Source: Wolbachia endosymbiont of Onchocerca ochengi
GTDB lineage: Bacteria; Pseudomonadota; Alphaproteobacteria; Rickettsiales; Anaplasmataceae
DNA length: 32,000 nt
Direction of reading: 5' to 3'
NCBI RefSeq assembly: GCF_000306885.1
Contig: NC_018267.1
Span: 390,001 to 422,000 of the forward strand
Both the position numbers and the translations under genes were made by a program. Position 1 is the first letter of the stretch. Each line of letters begins with the position of its first letter. Under the pieces are notes generated by a model that searched no databases, was not told the origin of the DNA, and saw only the letters and a list, made by a program, of their open reading frames with translations. Shown piece after piece: positions 30,055 through 32,000 of the stretch.

Positions 30055-31368
30055 GTGCTTATACAAGATAACATTTCACTTTGCAAACGATGGATATTTT
30101 TGGCAGTATGCGCTCTTGCTTGTTCTGGGCTACTGTCGATAATTGTTGTTTTCCTGCGGTTGCCTTTTGTTTTCTCTCTCATTCCCTCTGCACAATATAT
30201 CTTTGATAATGCACTAGTGATACATGTGAATTTATCAATTTTGGTATGGATGTGTTCTATAATATCTTTACTTTTTATTATAAACCTACAAAACACCAAT
30301 AATTGGCTTAGCTTTTTATGGGTTCTGTCAACCCTTTCCATGCTACTGATATTTGTGTCAGCATTTGTTCCGGGTACTGAAGTTATTAAGAGCAACTATA
30401 TTCCCGTGTTACAAAACAAATTATTTTTGTTTGGGCTTAGTTTGTTTATTATCAGCATATTGGTAAATGCAGCTTTTACCTGTATGTTAAATAGGCAAGT
30501 CTCATACTTTTTTGTTGGGCAAGTTGGGTTAGTTATTATATTTGTATCGTCGTTCCTTTGCCTTGTTCTAGCTCACAGAAACATGCCTGTAGATTTATAT
30601 CACTTAGATAAAAATTTATTTTACGAATATCTCTTTTGGGGAAGTGGACATTTGCTGCAATTTGCTTTTACTCAAGGAATGTTTTTAGTTTATTTGATAA
30701 TGTTGAGTTCCAGTGTCAATCTAACTTCAAACAATAAAATTGCTATTTTGCCACTATTTATAAATATGATCTTGGCTGTATGTGGACCATTTATATATTC
30801 TATTTACTCGGTGAATAGTGCTGAATTGATACAGTTTTTTACTTGGCATATGAGAACTGCTGGAGCAATTTTGCCGTGTTTTTTAACAATATTAGTGTGT
30901 CGTAGTATAAAAAGCTTACTTAATGATAAGAACAGTTATTTATTACACTCATTTGTGTTGTTCACTTATGGAGGCATACTTGGAGTACTAACTGTTGAAG
31001 GAAATGTTACCATTCCTGCTCATTATCACGGTTCTGTAATTGGCATCACTATAGCTTTTATGAATTTTGTTTATTGGTTATTACCAAAACTGAACTGTAA
31101 AGAGGTAGAAAACTTTGTGGTAAAATTGCAAATTTATGCCTATGGCTTTGGACATTTTCTTCATATTACTGGTCTTGTTTGGCTTGGTGGATACAGTGCC
31201 TTAAGAAAAGTTGCGGATTTGCCAAGTATTTCATCAATATTAGCACGTACCTGCTTTATTGCGGGTGGAGCTATATCAGTTATTGGTGGAGTGTTGTTTG
31301 TAGTAATTGTGCTTTTATCTCTGTTTAAAGGCAGAGCGCGTAGCTGTGCTTCTTGGAATAATTCATAG
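30055..31368 (+). CDS. polytopic membrane protein with heme-copper oxidase subunit I-like histidine motifs
   Basis: 437 aa, GTG start, about 12 hydrophobic helices. Four motifs appear in the same order as COX1/CcoN ligands: ALVIHVNLSILVW (helix II His), YLFWGSGHLLQF (compare WFFGHPEVY), FFTWHMRTAG (compare WAHHMFTVG, one His missing), and PAHYHGSVIG (compare HFHYV). The family assignment is inference only. Confidence 0.7.
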   Translation: MLIQDNISLCKRWIFLAVCALACSGLLSIIVVFLRLPFVFSLIPSAQYIFDNALVIHVNLSILVWMCSIISLLFIINLQNTNNWLSFLWVLSTLSMLLIFVSAFVPGTEVIKSNYIPVLQNKLFLFGLSLFIISILVNAAFTCMLNRQVSYFFVGQVGLVIIFVSSFLCLVLAHRNMPVDLYHLDKNLFYEYLFWGSGHLLQFAFTQGMFLVYLIMLSSSVNLTSNNKIAILPLFINMILAVCGPFIYSIYSVNSAELIQFFTWHMRTAGAILPCFLTILVCRSIKSLLNDKNSYLLHSFVLFTYGGILGVLTVEGNVTIPAHYHGSVIGITIAFMNFVYWLLPKLNCKEVENFVVKLQIYAYGFGHFLHITGLVWLGGYSALRKVADLPSISSILARTCFIAGGAISVIGGVLFVVIVLLSLFKGRARSCASWNNS

Positions 31369-31617
31369 AAAAATTCTTTAACAAATTTCTTGCTAACTCC
31401 TATTATTATACTAATAAAGATATTGAATTATCTTCAACCTTTGCAGGTCAAGTGATGGAAGTATTACGAGATTAGTGTCTTATATTTTATTTTTATGGCT
31501 TTATGTCTTTACTAGATTTTAGTTTTTATCCATACAAGCTGAAATGCATTTATAGAACGTTAAAAAAATGAGAACATCAATTTACAGGATTAGAGAATAA
31601 TAAATAACTGTCTGCAT

Positions 31618-31860
31618 GAGGATTTCTTTTGTTTTTTTTCTGAGCATTTAAACTTAGGATATCTGATACAGTTTAAGAGTAGCTAAATTGCAGCGCTTTA
31701 AGGCTTAGAAAAAACGCTAGTGCTAGAAGTAAGTACTGGCGAGGATTTCTTCTGCCTTTTTCTGCTTATTAAAGCTTTTGATATTTTATTATTAAGGGAA
31801 TTTAAGAACAGCTGAATCGCAGTGTTGTAGAAAATACGATATTTAAAATATCTACTTCTT
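31618..31860. repeat. diverged tandem duplication, two copies of about 123-129 bp
   Basis: Copy 1 starts gaggatttcttttgttttttttctgagcatttaaac (31618). Copy 2 starts gaggatttcttctgcctttttctgcttattaaagc (31741). Later blocks also align: tttaagagtagctaaattgcagcgc (31672) versus tttaagaacagctgaatcgcagtgt (31801). Confidence 0.7.
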
Positions 31861-31940
31861 TCTAGGTTATACAAGAAGTTTAATTGCAATTATTGATCAT
31901 TCAAATATATAATCTGTTGAGACTTATGTAATCTTTATAG

Positions 31941-32000
31941 ATGAAAGAAAAAGAAAGACAATTTAGTTTTACATCGGAAAATCTTGAGAAGGCAAAAAAG
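31941..32000 (+). CDS. nuoE: probable NADH-quinone oxidoreductase subunit E, 3' end cut by window edge
   Basis: The open frame MKEKERQFSFTSENLEKAKK resembles the NuoE N-terminus of Rickettsiales (F.F...NL..a..ii.kYP). Only 20 codons are visible. Confidence 0.4.
   Translation, partial: MKEKERQFSFTSENLEKAKK

Noticed and set aside
30021-30395. 124-aa minus-strand ORF overlapping the start of the 437-aa membrane protein
   Set aside because: It is antisense to a much longer, motif-bearing ORF. Its upstream region is the dead ABC transporter start.
31698-31889. 63-aa minus-strand ORF
   Set aside because: It spans the tandem duplication, so its sequence is repeat-derived. It has no motif or ribosome-binding site.
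1-32000. CRISPR array, prophage, toxin-antitoxin or defence island
   Set aside because: There are no spacer-repeat periodicities, no phage structural or integrase genes apart from dead IS transposases, and no small paired ORFs. The window is decaying housekeeping chromosome rather than an accessory island.

Overview
Strongly AT-rich alphaproteobacterial chromosome segment. Gene content and a wsp/msp-type outer-membrane relic suggest Anaplasmataceae, most likely Wolbachia-like (inference). Intact housekeeping genes are guaA (5' partial), a TerC-family protein, mrpE, purN, a paired active/inactive M16 peptidase, lspA, a glutaredoxin, mpg, uvrA, plsY, an AGCS alanine/cation symporter, pssA, psd, tpiA, a heme-copper-oxidase-like membrane protein, and probably the first 20 codons of nuoE. 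Two orphan ORFs (290 and 340 aa) flank mpg. The dominant signal is gene decay: summing the ORFs I accept as intact gives about 17.3 kb of 32 kb (~54%). By manual translation, much of the rest is recognisable gene relics. These are ribF (4 nonsense codons, frame preserved), ruvA and ruvB, fused ispDF, an MsbA/HlyB-type ABC transporter, a wsp-family OMP, an IS5-like and an IS481/rve-like transposase, and probably mrpF/mrpG. I found no rRNA, tRNA, CRISPR array, prophage or recognisable defence/toxin system. The candidates for new biology are the two orphans, the divergent oxidase-like protein, a perfect 20-bp-arm palindrome abutting the mpg start, a diverged ~125-bp tandem duplication upstream of nuoE, and about 2.5 kb of unassignable DNA. 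All homology calls come from motif recognition by eye, not database searches.
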